A stretch of DNA of 64,000 nucleotides, from assembly GCA_965655095.1 (NCBI GenBank), contig OZ296650.1, forward strand, positions 133,796,001 to 133,860,000, in the 5' to 3' direction. How positions within the stretch are numbered: the first letter of the stretch is position 1; the number at the start of each line of letters is the position of its first letter. Positions 10,379-23,000 of this stretch are shown here, piece by piece. Source of the stretch: Haplodiscus bocki (Eukaryota). The notes under the pieces were generated by a model. The model was given only the letters and a program-made list of their open reading frames with translations, ran no database searches and was not told the DNA's origin. The translations under genes were made by a program, and so were the position numbers.

Positions 10379-11389
10379 ATGACAACTCAAGTGAACACCT
10401 CCCAAGTAACAGCACCAAATTTTTTGCGACGAAGCGAAAATACATTCGTCAGAGGTATCGTTCTAGTAATTAAGAAATACGACAAACCTTTGCAGTTGTT
10501 TAGACCGCAAAATATCAAAAACAAGAGAGGTGCCCTCGATACCAGCTATGATCGATTAGTCATACTAGGCGAGATCAATTCAAAAGAATGCTTTGCTGTG
10601 ATTGCGGAGTCTGCACAGAAAAGCTATTTTTTGTTCGGGGACACTCTGTTAACAGTAGGGTCAATTGTGGACGTAAAAGAACCTGTGTTCTCGAACTCTT
10701 GTCTCGGCAATGACCGCAGTAATCCAATTTTTCATGTCTTTCTTCCTTTGGAAGTCGTGGTTAACAATATTCCATTGTTGCCAATTCCCATAGATCTCCA
10801 CCCATCAACGACAGCAATGTTTCACTTTTGCTTGCCAAACAGACCCCTCACCTTCTTACAAGCAGGTGCTGTAGCTCCAACTTGCTCAGGCTTCATGTGT
10901 GACAGACGAGAAAAACGAATTGACTCTGTATGCCCCTGTATACAGAAATCTCCTGTTTCAGCTTGGGTAATGTGCGCCCGAATTGTCAGTCGTGACATCG
11001 AAAATGAAGACGAAGATTCCCTCACGGGAGAAATGATACAAAGTCTTAACCTGACAAAACTGTTTTGCAGCGAAGCAATTATTAGAAGTTCATATGCATC
11101 AATCGATTCGCAACAACTGCGGATTGCTGTTAACCAGGTGTCCCAATTTGTAAATGAGAATGGTGGTTGGCAGGTATGTGGATTTTACAAAAGTGGATCC
11201 ACAGACGAAAATCTTGCACAAAACGTACAACGTGTCCGCATTTGCAAAATTACGCCTGCCGTTGAAGTGCCTTTTAACTTGAAATACAACATTGTGCCAT
11301 GCAACGCCAATATTGGCAATGAGCCCCCAGCTTTGCAACATGCGAATACTAACGTCGGTGCTCCTAACAATCCGAACAACGTACGATAG
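10379..11389 (+). CDS. Conserved element protein (~330 aa), putative OB-fold/RPA-like ssDNA-binding protein with Cys cluster
   Basis: Alignable end to end with 13750-14748, 40560-41570, 45789-46781 and 60746-61738 (RGIVL, LQLFRPQ, YDR, LTVGSIV, PTCSGxxCDRR..CxC, NGGW, LQHAN). The OB-fold call is inferred from the strand pattern only. Confidence 0.75.
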   Translation: MTTQVNTSQVTAPNFLRRSENTFVRGIVLVIKKYDKPLQLFRPQNIKNKRGALDTSYDRLVILGEINSKECFAVIAESAQKSYFLFGDTLLTVGSIVDVKEPVFSNSCLGNDRSNPIFHVFLPLEVVVNNIPLLPIPIDLHPSTTAMFHFCLPNRPLTFLQAGAVAPTCSGFMCDRREKRIDSVCPCIQKSPVSAWVMCARIVSRDIENEDEDSLTGEMIQSLNLTKLFCSEAIIRSSYASIDSQQLRIAVNQVSQFVNENGGWQVCGFYKSGSTDENLAQNVQRVRICKITPAVEVPFNLKYNIVPCNANIGNEPPALQHANTNVGAPNNPNNVR

Positions 11390-12418
11390 CTGATCTAGAC
11401 TTACTCCTCAGATGACCGTTCTTTCTCCACCGCATGAACTGCTTGCTGGTTTTCAAAACCAATCTCTCCTTTCGCAATCGACCGCAAGGTGGTTGCTGAA
11501 AAAAACATGCACAAATTAACAAGTTTCGGAAAAAAAGTCAACTGATAAAGTTGTCCTCGTTCTTTCATACCACAATTTGTTCTCCTCCTTTTCAATCTTG
11601 AAACCTATGCTTCAATTTTCTTGTTAATGATAAAGTTTAACTTTCCAGTACTTATCAGTACCCAAAGGTTAATTGTTGGTTTTTTGGAACTGTAAACACT
11701 AATGTCAAATTACAAATTAGTTGTTGTTGAACAATGGAAATTAGTTTGCAACTGCCGACGACTTGTCTCTGTAAACCTACGTTTTTCAGTAGCTTAGAAC
11801 ATTGTGCTAATTCGTGTGGCTTTTGAGTGTGGTTTATTGGTTCGTGTAGAAGTTGTGAACTTTTTATGTTATGCAATTAACTTTTTCTTGTTATGTTAAA
11901 CATTACTATCCGTTCATGACCGAACGTTTTGAACTTTGAAACGCTGGCTTGCTCTTCTATCGGTCGAAGTGCACGCTCTCAGTTCGTTGCTTGACGTTTG
12001 ATACAGTGTTGTAATTTTCGCTAACAGAAGAATGGGATCAAACTTTCATACGAAATTTTAGGGAAATTTTTTTCTGAAGTCCATACAGGTTCATTTGGTT
12101 CATTCGGGTTGTTTTCACAAAGTAACAGCTGGGAACCTACTGCCTACAAATTGACAACATTGATGCGAAACTTTTTGAGAAAGTTAAAACACTTTCGCTG
12201 GTCAAATTTCAAAAGTATTCGTTCGGACAAAAATTTTAGTTTTCCTTCCCAGAAACTCATCAAACTTGAAGTTGTTTGTTAAAGGAACAGTTGCTCTCCG
12301 AGAATTGCGGGCAAAAATTCCTGCCGACGTTTCACCATACGCCTGTTTAAGTGTTATATTCAAATTCTACAGAAAAAATTGATTTTTTTTCTGATTTTTG
12401 TTTTTTTTCCAAAAAATT

Positions 12419-12994
12419 CGTCATAACCGTCATTTTTTTCGGCAAAGTGGCCGAAACTTTTTCATCTTCGGAAAATTGCCTTTGAAGTTATGGAGTCGAT
12501 TTCATACTGGAGCCACTCCAGAGGGCAAACTATGCACTTCAATGTGGGAGCTATGACGAAATGGTCGATTTTCGGCATTTTTTTCCAAATTTGATCCGTC
12601 ATATCTCAACACCTATAACGAGTTGGTAGAAAATTTTTTGCATGTGTGTAGCCCTTAGTTATACTGCTTCACACGAAAAGTTTCGGCCAAATGCATGTGG
12701 TTCCTTGCAGGGCTGTCGGTGAAAAACTGCAAAATGAGGCCAAAAAACAGAATCATCTCGTCATAATTCCCCAACCATTTTTGCTAGAATGATCTAACTT
12801 GCACCATTGTTCTTAGAATTGAAAGTTATGCCCGCATGCAAAGTTTGATCAAAATCGTATGGGTGGGAGCTGAGATCGCTATTTTCCTATACCGTATTTG
12901 CATAGAGTTATTTCTTATATTTTAACGCGAGGCAAAGGGGCCCCTCCCCCGCCTCGCCAGGACCTATGAGGGGCGTAATCCCGTGACCACCCAG
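12419..12994 (+). repeat. Subterminal module R1 (A/C-type) with CGTCAT cluster, hairpin 12927-12957 and terminal CCAG
   Basis: Closely similar to 27890-28466 and 42626-43205. Confidence 0.88.
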
Positions 12995-13001
12995 CGGAGG
13001 C
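12987..13001 (+). other. Unit junction core J1, CCACCCAGCGGAGGC
   Basis: One mismatch to the core found at 26352, 27411, 28459, 44628 and 59585. Confidence 0.8.
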
Positions 13002-13749
13002 TAGGTTACCAACTACCAGTAGAGGCTTTAGCGTATGTAAATTAGAAGAAAGTATTTTAATTTCTTGAAGTCTTCACATAAGTATAATTATTATGATAGC
13101 GACAGCAAAAACCGTCTCGTTGGATTTAAATTTCCCATAGTTTGAAACATTTTTAGGGAATATATGGGAAAATCGTACAAAATGTATCGCCCATTTCGCT
13201 GTGAGTTGTTTATGTTTTCCTTGCATGTAAAAAAAACTGTCTGAAGCTACTGCTACCAGTTTTGATTGTGCTCCAGCGATTACAATTGTTTTTTTTGTTG
13301 CAGTATATGAAATAAACTTTGGTGAAAGAAAATAGTAAACCATATGAGAAAACTTCGTTGTCATCAGAAGCAGTTGATTGTGAGTGGTAAACTAATGTAA
13401 ATTTTTACTCCAAACTCGTAAAACTTCTAATGAAACAGAAAGTTGTTCGAAATGATAATTTTGTCAGATTGAGAAGTGAAAAACTTCAATAATATAATAA
13501 TTCGAAGTACCAATTTTGCATTACTTTATAACCGAAAGAGAATATGGTAATCAATTATTACACTAAATAACCGATTTGTATTGAGAACACAACTACGTAT
13601 TCACAAAGATGCCGCTCAGATTAAAGTAAAGAAAAATATGAGAAGAGTTCTAACAACCAACTAGTTGAAAGCTCTTTTCAACCAATAATGTCCTCCAGTT
13701 ACAACTACAAGAAACTCAACAACAGGATTTTCCAAAATTTCACTGGAAA

Positions 13750-14748
13750 TTAATGTTGTACGTTCAACACATTAGGATTTGCATGCTGTAGAGGTGGTGG
13801 TCCACCGCGTGGTTGTTCCGCTTCGCCAATGCCGTATTTCATGTTGTCAGGCACCTGAACTGCTGAGATCAAACGACAAACTCTGACGCGTTGAACTTCC
13901 TGTGTGATTGATTCGTCGCTCACACTACTTTTAACAAAACCAGAGACTCGCCATCCGCCGTTAGCATTGACGTGTTGAGAAACACGATCAATAGCCTCGC
14001 GCAATTCGCCTACATCGACAGAACTTGATGGGAGACGCAATACATCGTTGGTACAGAAGAAGGACGCGACATGATGACTTTGAGTCATATCACCACTCAG
14101 CGGGTCATCGTCTTCATCATCAACATCTCGTGAGATTATTCGTGTCGACAGGGTCCACGACGAAACAGAACTTTTTTGAATGCAAGCACAAACGCTTTCA
14201 TTCTTCGTCGATCTTCTGTCACAAAGAGTTCCCGAACAGGTTGGTGCCACCACAATTGAGTGCAAGAATGTCAGTGGCCTGTTTGTCAACGTATAATGGA
14301 ACATTGCTGGAGTTGTTGGCGACGTGGAAATGGGTATGGGAGGGAAATCATTGTCATTTAAGTTATTCACAACTGTCAGTGGATGGTGAGTCTCCACGAT
14401 GGGGTTATGCATGTCATTTCCCAGACAAGTGTTAGTGTACAGCGGCTCGACGACATCGACGATGGACCCCACCGTCAGGTAACGATCAGAGAAAAGATTC
14501 GCTGACTTTTGAGCCGACTGTGAAATTACTACAAAACAATCCTTACAGTTCCACTGACCTATTATTGCCATTCGGTCGTAATTTCCTTCAGGGGAAGGCC
14601 TTTTAAGTTTAAGGGTTTGGGGCCGATAGAGCTGCAGTGGACGATCACTTCTTTTGAGCAGAAGTACAATTCCTCGCAAGGTTGTATTCCCACTGATACG
14701 TAAAAAACCTTTCGAGGTCACCTGTGCCAGAGACACTTGACGATTCAT
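13750..14748 (-). CDS. Conserved element protein (332 aa), putative OB-fold ssDNA-binding protein
   Basis: Homologue of 10379-11389; same motifs including PTCSGTLCDRR..CAC and PPPLQHANPN. Confidence 0.75.
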   Translation of the reverse strand: MNRQVSLAQVTSKGFLRISGNTTLRGIVLLLKRSDRPLQLYRPQTLKLKRPSPEGNYDRMAIIGQWNCKDCFVVISQSAQKSANLFSDRYLTVGSIVDVVEPLYTNTCLGNDMHNPIVETHHPLTVVNNLNDNDFPPIPISTSPTTPAMFHYTLTNRPLTFLHSIVVAPTCSGTLCDRRSTKNESVCACIQKSSVSSWTLSTRIISRDVDDEDDDPLSGDMTQSHHVASFFCTNDVLRLPSSSVDVGELREAIDRVSQHVNANGGWRVSGFVKSSVSDESITQEVQRVRVCRLISAVQVPDNMKYGIGEAEQPRGGPPPLQHANPNVLNVQH

Positions 14749-15503
14749 ATCTTAAAAACGCGACGTACTCAAATAATTATTCATAAATTAACTTGTGATG
14801 TTTAATATTTTACTTTTCAAGTTTCAGCGACAGTCTGACCGTTAACTACTTTCAACTAGACAAAAAGTTTCGTTAACCAGACTAACTTTACAACGTAAAC
14901 ACACCTAGGATTGTGCTTTTTATGCATTCAATTCAAAGGCTTTTTTCAAAACACTCGAACTACCTGCGAGACAACAACGAAATCTAATGACTTCAAAGTG
15001 TTTTTCTTACTCCTGCTATCCAATTCAACAGACAACTATACGCTCAACTGCTCATCGATTATTGTCATCCAAGATTAAAAAGTGCTCGGATAATTATAAT
15101 TAAATTTAATTTCCATTTTAAAAATGTAACAGTAATTAGTGGAGAAAAGTAAAAATTCCAAACGCACTCATTCATAAATTCTACAATTTCAGATGAAAAC
15201 ATTCAACATTCTTAGAACAATTCAAGATATCGAAAACACAAAAGTTTGTTTCCGAAAACAAAAGGTGCGGTGTTGAAACACCGACACCTCAACAACAATA
15301 CATTAAGCAATAAAAAAGTCGATGAAAGTCTCCAATGAATGAAAGAAACACGTTCTTTTCAAGTAACACAAGCGGTGAAGAACACCGACGAATCAAAGTT
15401 TCAGTTGGGAACGACATAATTTTATGCGTTGATGGAGGTCAGCACACCACAGTAGAAATAAATTGAAATTTGAGGCTCCACAAGAGCTGTTGTTCAGTAA
15501 CGG

Positions 15504-16389
15504 CTAATGAGATAACCTAGCTTCCTGATAAAAAAAGAAACAAATGAATAAAATCAAAAGGTAGAAAGCTTGTTTCCACGCTCCGCGCGGAAACAAGCAA
15601 CCAATATCTGCACCCAACAAAAAGAACCTATGCTTCTACAGTTAAAAGTATTTTTCTTTGATGCGGAACTGGAAACGTTTTTAACAGCTCTTAATATACG
15701 TCTTAAAGAGACACGTTGAAATGATTTCTCCATTCTCTTGTTAGGTCATTCCGAGCAATTGAATATCTTGCGACCAATGTCAAGAAAATCAATTGTTGAA
15801 GACAAAAAAAATGATAACTATCAAAACCACTAACCCTATTTTCCAAATTTCTTTTCCTGTTAACTGCTCGTTTTTGGGACAGAACAAAAAGACTCTCACA
15901 GAAGATTACTCGTGACACCATGTGAGCTTCTAAAATTGGATTTAAATGCAAATCATTGCCAGGTTGCAGCAGTTTCTTGTACCGTTGTGTGAGAATTGCT
16001 TTGATTTTGATAAACGTGATACCAGCTGGGCAAAATGAAAGATCATCAGAAAGGTCGTGCGCACCACGACGAGGTAAATAGGTGAAGCCAATGACATTGT
16101 ATTGAGTAAGAAGTCGTAACTTTTGAAAAAATTGATACGGGGTCAACGCTGGATTCTTCTTTGAAGAAAGACTGTTATTTACAGCATCATGCCACAAAAT
16201 TATTTTGTTTGATGTCGTTGGAATTTTATGTGTCCTCAAAAGCACTTCAATGTTTTTCTCTTTTTTTGCATGATTTAAAGCCAAACCGGGAACGCTAAAA
16301 ACTTTACTTTGTAAACCTTCGAACAGATGCGGTTTGTCATCCATTGCCCAGTACACAGACGAGGCTGCAACTATCAAATACTCATTCAT
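15504..16389 (-). CDS. Divergent SGNH-like hydrolase, 2 exons (16389-15835, 15524-15504); an in-frame ATG also exists at 16410
   Basis: AASS / PG / HDAVNN / NDLHL blocks. Homology with unit D ends exactly at a shared GTTAGT donor (15834); acceptor TTTTTTTATCAG ends at 15525. The ATG at 16389 aligns with the D start. Confidence 0.62.
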
Positions 16390-17071
16390 TGTCCTGGAAA
16401 GCTCCTCCATGTGTTAGTACTGAACCAAAAAAGTTCAACTTCTAATCAAAGAAAAGAAGTAAATGAAATAGAAGATGCGTTTAGTAAACTTCAGGGCCCA
16501 GAAAACTGTGAAATGACAGAAGTTTTTATTACAAACACTTTGCAACTTTCACAACTGTTCTCCATTTAAGTATGAACAACTCAAATTTGTTGAAAAAACA
16601 TTCCTTGGAAAAATAATTTTTTTATCATTTAACGTGCAACCACTAGTGCATTCAATCCCAACCAAAAACGATTGGACGCCTCTTCAATCCTCTATCGCCT
16701 TCATAAGGAACTAGCAGTTTAAACAACAATCAATTGAAGTTTTTAATCGAGAATGATCAAAAGGCTATGGATAAAAAGTGTTTCTGATGTAATATACATA
16801 CTGGCAATTCAAATAAAAAACAGTAAATGATTAATGCACAGAATGGTTTTCAAAGCTGAGAGAAGATAATAGGTTGCCGTGCAACCAAAGAAAACAATAG
16901 GTTTGCGGAAGTTTTTTGGAACTGCAAACATTTTGAAGAAATCAGCACGAAGTACACAATAAATACGAAGCGGATGGAAACTTTTCAAGAAAGGTTGCTG
17001 TGCAACCAAAAATTGACACCTATCAACAGAGTTAACATTCAGTGAAGAAGAAACGTTGACATTGATTGAGT

Positions 17072-20000
17072 TCAGTTTGTTCCGCCATATACAGACGTTT
17101 TCACAAGGCATTCGCACCGCAACGACCCCTCTACGTTAGTACAACGATACAAATCAATTAACACTTCGCATTCGCTCAGATAGTCAGCAAGTTTCAGTTG
17201 CACAACGTTTCTTTTTCTGCGAGACATCGCTTTCTGCCAGTCCACTTCGAATGAAGACAAAGAATTTCCGGTTACATCAGCGAAGCCATGCACATAAGCA
17301 ATTACTGTCCAGGGACGACGAGGTATGGGCTTTGTAAACTCACTTCCGTGCCCGGAATTGTGTTCATGAACACGCCGACGAAGGTTTTTGCAGCGACCGA
17401 CGTAAAACAAATGAGGCAACTTCAAACTCCTCAGCAAATAGCAGAAACCAAACGAAGTGTTAGGTATTTCGCTAAACCGCAAAGGAAACGGGCTTAATGT
17501 TTCTACAGAGCTCAGATTGCTTCCCATATCAGTGTAACTGTCCAGTAGGCTATTGATGAAAGGCAACAGATGGTTTTCCTTGACTAAAGTGTTGTCAATG
17601 CTTTTCATCGTGGCTAATCTGTCGCCCACGAAAGTAATATGACTGAGATCTCTGACACGACTAAGGAGGACGCACAGTTGTTCTTTGGCCCAAAACTTGA
17701 ACTTTCGGAAATCAGTTATTTGAGTTGCAATCATCGGGACAGTATCACCCATTACTTTGTGAACAGTAGATGCCACGTACATTTTTAAAGGAAACTGCCA
17801 TCGCCGGCAAACTGTGGAGGCGTTCAGCTTGAACAGGACACCCATTTGTCTCCTCAGTTTAACTTCTCGCCAATTCAATGAACTAACATTTGTAACTAGA
17901 GTAGATCTGAAACCTGGAGGAGCCACTTTAACTGTAATAGTGCCGCAGTATGTGTCAAAACTTTTTACAAAGCAAAGTTGTCCTTGCTGCAAATTTTCAG
18001 CTGGTAAATTACGGGTTAAGCGAAGCACGGCACCTTCGTGGACAAATAGTTGCTGGGGCTCCGTGCAAACACGGTTCAAGAAAAGAGAAGCTGTCACGTT
18101 AGCTGGAACCCAATTTTGAGTTCCAGAGGGAGTCATTTCGTCAACGGCAATGAAAGTTGTGTTCGAAACATTGCCACTACTTCGCACAGCCTCTATTCGT
18201 TCGTCAACTGCCTCCCGTTCAGCTAACCGAGTGCTAAAAACTCGTAAACAATGCATGGGAACTTCAGACCATGACCTCACAAAATTACAGTTCTGCTCGA
18301 TTATTGTTAACACTTCATTTCGGATAGTTTCAGTGGACGGATACGGGGCAATTAGGTCGAGGAGTCTTTGCCCGGCTATGTTGATCATTCGCACATACGA
18401 TTTTAGGTGATAAAAAGTGAAACACGTCAACACGGTGTTACTGCGGAGTAAGAAAGTACCGGAAGGAGGTGGTAACTGACGGAAATCTCCACTACAAACC
18501 AAAAATTTCCCACCAAAAGGAAGACTGTTCCCACAAACACATTGCAATACAGAATCCATGGAAGACCACAATTCGGCTGAAACCATTGACACCTCTTCTA
18601 TGAAAATAACATGAACTCTTTGTAAATACTTGCATTTAACTGGATCCCTGCACAATTTTTCTAGGGCATATGAAGTCATCTGGGAAACCGATGCGTTATC
18701 ATTTACGGGAAACGGAATGAGAGCATTTATGTGCAAACCACCAAAAATTGAAGCCCTCTCAGCCGCCAGACTGGTAACCACACAATTGAAACCTTTTGCT
18801 AGGGCTGCAGCTATACAGTGAATCAGAACATGACTTTTACCGGTTCCAGGTGGCCCAACAATCACTTGGTGCTTCACAAAAAATGAGGTACTCTTCTGAA
18901 ATGTATTCATTGTCTCCAGAATCAACTGCAGTATTCGACGTTGATCGGACACAGATTCAATTGTCTGAAGTGTTTCTTGGTATATTTGAGGCTGCCAATT
19001 CAAAGGACTGCTCAGAGAAGCCGACATGAATTCATTGAAGGAAGGGAAAGTTGTCGGGCTTTTCTCCATTAAGGCTGCTACTAAGTTACTTTTCAGTCTA
19101 TTGCTTTCTTCTAAAACTTGTTCCTCTGCTTTCTGGAAAATTGAGGACTCCAGAACAAGGGGTAAATCTTTGCAAAAGGTTAGAAGATTGTTTTGTGTAG
19201 CTTCCTTTAAACAGTGATACGCCGTTCCAACATGCCTGTCCAAGAGGGTTGACGAACCGGGGTAAAACCGCAGTTGCTCCATCACAAAACGCTTAGTCAA
19301 TGAAACAACTTCCTCATCGGTGGCTCTTTCAGTTGACGAAATCAGACCACTGTAGACGAATGCAGACTTCAAGGACAAATGGGAAAACAAATCAATTTCA
19401 GTGCTATACTCACCAAAGGAGAGAAGATAATGAATGAGAAAGTTTGATGTACTTTTAGGCACAATTGTTGATAAAACAACTTGCACTAGTGGAAAACTCA
19501 AACTCTCGTTTATGAAGTGGGACTTGTTTGGTTTTCGTAAACATTCAAGTGCTTCCCTTGCTTGCCGGACATAATGACTGTTGTTGCTTTGGAAATTCTC
19601 ACAGTAACTGATTAACGCTGTTAAATAATGCATGTTGACTGTAACTTTGAAACCAAAACCGTCAATCCAAAACGAACAGGAAATATCTGGTTTTATCATC
19701 GATTCAATGGACGCAGTTGGTGACACCTTGGTGCGGACGAACCAAGTGAAATATTTCTCTATAGTACGCAGGAACAAAAGTTCTGGAGGTCGTGCAGAAA
19801 AAGCTGTTATTTTGTCATAAGACACAGAACTTTTCTCAGCATCAACAATGGTCCATTCTTGTGTCTGTGTGAAAAGTCTATGAGAAGGGAGCTCAAGGTT
19901 TTTTCGCAGAAGAACTTGCTGACCATACAAAGGACCCTGCTTAGCAGGACGTATCATCCGCTCTTTCACAATACCAGCTCTTTTCTCTTTGGGAGTTGTC

Positions 20001-23000
20001 ACTACGTGAATGAAGTGAATGTTTGAACAAACATAAGGAAACTTCAGAAGCCACCACGCCGACTCTGTCAAGCTGATAGCCCTTCCAGTCAAAGTTTTAC
20101 GCTTTCGGCAAGAGCTTTGGTTCTTTGACCAGCGAACTCCGCTTATTTTTTCGTTTGACTGATCCTCAACGTTGTAGCCAAAAGTTGCATCAGTGGAACT
20201 ACTGTAAAGGTTTACGGTACTTCGTTCTTCTATTCCCGCAGCGTACTTGGCCAAATACCTTGCACTCATATAGACGTCACAAATCTGTAAATTTGTACTT
20301 GACCGAACCAAAGCGAAAATTAGGGCGTTCGTTGGCGAAAAATGGGTACCTTTCTCTGACGGATAATGATGTTTACCACCACGTAGCTCATCAATGAGAA
20401 ACAACTGACCGGTCACGGAATCTTCAAACGCAACATTCAGTTTTCGTAGAATATCCCATGTCTCTTTGGATAAATTTTTCTCGACTTCCTTGTAGGAAAA
20501 AGCGACACTGCTTGGATAAGCTGGAACTCTGCAAATTGACTTTTGTAATCTGTTCGATTTCTTGTGGCAACGCATTTTTGCTTTCCTGCAATTATGACTT
20601 TGGTATTTTTGAAACAAGATCTGCAAATCTTCTTTCTCCTCCGGTGAAAATTTTTCCGATCCCACTTCCGCGTTCAGATTACCTAAGAACGTTGATGAGC
20701 TACAACAAACTCTCGATCGAACTTTTTCGCTGAAAGCATTTTCTGAAGTCCAGATAAGAGCATGGATATGTGGGAAGGCACTTGTTTTATCTTGAAATTC
20801 ATAACGATACCACAACTTCCGTACTCTGCCTAACGGACGTTCCGTAGAAGTTTCGATGTACTTCATCACGAGTCGGGAACTGCGTTCCCACGCTCGTAGC
20901 ATTGTTATCATTTCAGCTTGAACCGCAGAATTTCGAACCTCCGAGCTGGTTATTGTTTCAGGGTATTTCTCTTCCAAAGCTTGAAAAATCTTCCGTACCC
21001 CAGGATGAGTAGACTGACTGCAAGTGTAAGTAAAAAAATAGGTTGCAGGTTCATCCTTCAATGCAGCACTAAGTTCATTGACATTTTTTCTTGAATCACT
21101 CTGATCGAAGTGCATAGCTCCTTCTTTGACGCATTGGCCACTTACGTTTTTGTCAGAATCTTGTCCCCAGCCTCTGTTCAACACCAATCTAGTGTCTTTT
21201 CCACGCAAATCTAAATTAAAAACCGAATCAAAAGCGTACTGGATGTATCTGGGATCGGATGCCGTTAACAGAGATCCATCTTTGACTCTTGTACGCAGCA
21301 TATCATCTAAGCTTGCAAAACCAACTTTGGCATTGCTATTCTTGTTGTTAAACAACGAAGCAGGTATAGCACCTGCGTAACTGCCGTCCTCATTCTGTTT
21401 CCAAAAAATAGTTGGGAACATCATCGCCTCTGGTTGAATTAGTGGTACCGAATTACACGGGCTGGTAGCTGTAACATTCTTCAACAGTCTTTTGTGTCTT
21501 GCAGTCACGTAAATGGGAGACCCTTTACTACGTTTCAGAAGGCCACACTGACCATTCAAAAGAATATGCAGAGGTAAATTGAAATTGGTGTCCGTCATTA
21601 CAGGTTCCCTGACATAGCTTGGTTCCAGTGCAGCATCCGTTGCTTCCGGTAATGTCAATTCCGAAGAGTCTGTGTGTTCATTCAACAATCCTGCATCCAT
21701 TAGGAAATCACTTTGAGACGTTGACGATGAAGAGACAGAGTTGCTCCACACACCTCCATCTGAAAGATTTTCCTCGCTGACACTCCTGCCGTAGCTACTG
21801 TCACCACTGATGCTCCTTGCAGCTTTGTCTCCATCGTTCTCAGACTTCGGCTCAGATTGGTTGTAACAGACAGAAGCGATGTCTTCTGAAGACGATGTGA
21901 ACGGCAACTTATCTGTTCGCCTCAAATTCGGAACATCCGCAAGATTGTCTTGCTGCATTACGTCTTTCCGACAAAGACAAGAGGTGCACTCGTTAACTGG
22001 ACATCGGAGAAACGAAACACGACCACATTCACAGTAATAACCGCTTCCAGGAAAATCTCTGGTTAAAGGCAGCAAATGTTCCTCACAAAGAAACTTCCCT
22101 TGTCCAGTGAGTGTTTGGAAATAATCAAGTTTCAATTGTTTGGTGGTTTGCGTTTGCACAAGGTAATAAATTGCGACATCCCAATGACCTTTAGTGTGAT
22201 GGTCGACGGCCTCCAACGGTGGAAGGTTAACACGACTAGCAAACGGTCTCTTGTTCTCGTAAAGCCAAAATTTATCAAAAGAACCTCCATGCCTCACAAG
22301 CGATATCCTGCTAATGTTATCTGTCAACTTCGAAATGCACCTCAACTCGTAGTCTCTATCGTCAACAGTTATGGCTATGGGTGGGCAACTTTTATTGCGC
22401 AAATTTTTTCCTGCTGGGCTTGTAACAATAACAGTTTGGGTCGAGCTTTGAAGTGAACTCTCAAAAGCAACAACCATTTTCGACTTGTCCTTCAAGGGAC
22501 AATGTGAAACTTCATCTAAAGCTGATGTCAAACTTTCCGCAAACATTACCGCGGGAAACTCACTGTGTGAATTGACTTCAAAAATTTTGGAAATTTCGGC
22601 CGTTAAATTGACGCTACCAGTCCAATCCTTCCGACCAGAAAAAACAACAGGTTCCAAAAATTTCAAAATGGGAACAAGATTGGGAGTGGACATACAAGCT
22701 GACGACAATTGATCGCAAAGAGGTGGAGAGATGCAAAACGCTGTCTGTAAAAGAAACATCAGTTCAGAAGTTCTACAACTGATCTTAGGAGGAAGGGCGC
22801 CAAAGAAATTGTTACCATGGGCGAAAGCCAAAGATTTGAATTTAGCGCAAAGAGAGTTCTCCAGAGACACACCCAATGATGACATCAGAGATGAAGAAGA
22901 CTTCAAAGAGACACTTGTTGTGGAGAGCAAAGATTGCACAGCTAATCTCTCGTTGGGACGAGACAAAGTCTGCTGTCGAATTTCTTGAGATATTTCCTTG

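Larger units (their letters stand above)
1..12994 (+). mobile_element. Helitron-like element unit A (5'-truncated by window edge; genes on + strand, pointing toward the hairpin/CCAG end)
   Basis: Contains a Rep-helicase polyprotein, an SGNH gene and a ~330 aa gene, followed by the shared subterminal module ending ...TGACCACCCAG at 12994. Confidence 0.88.
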
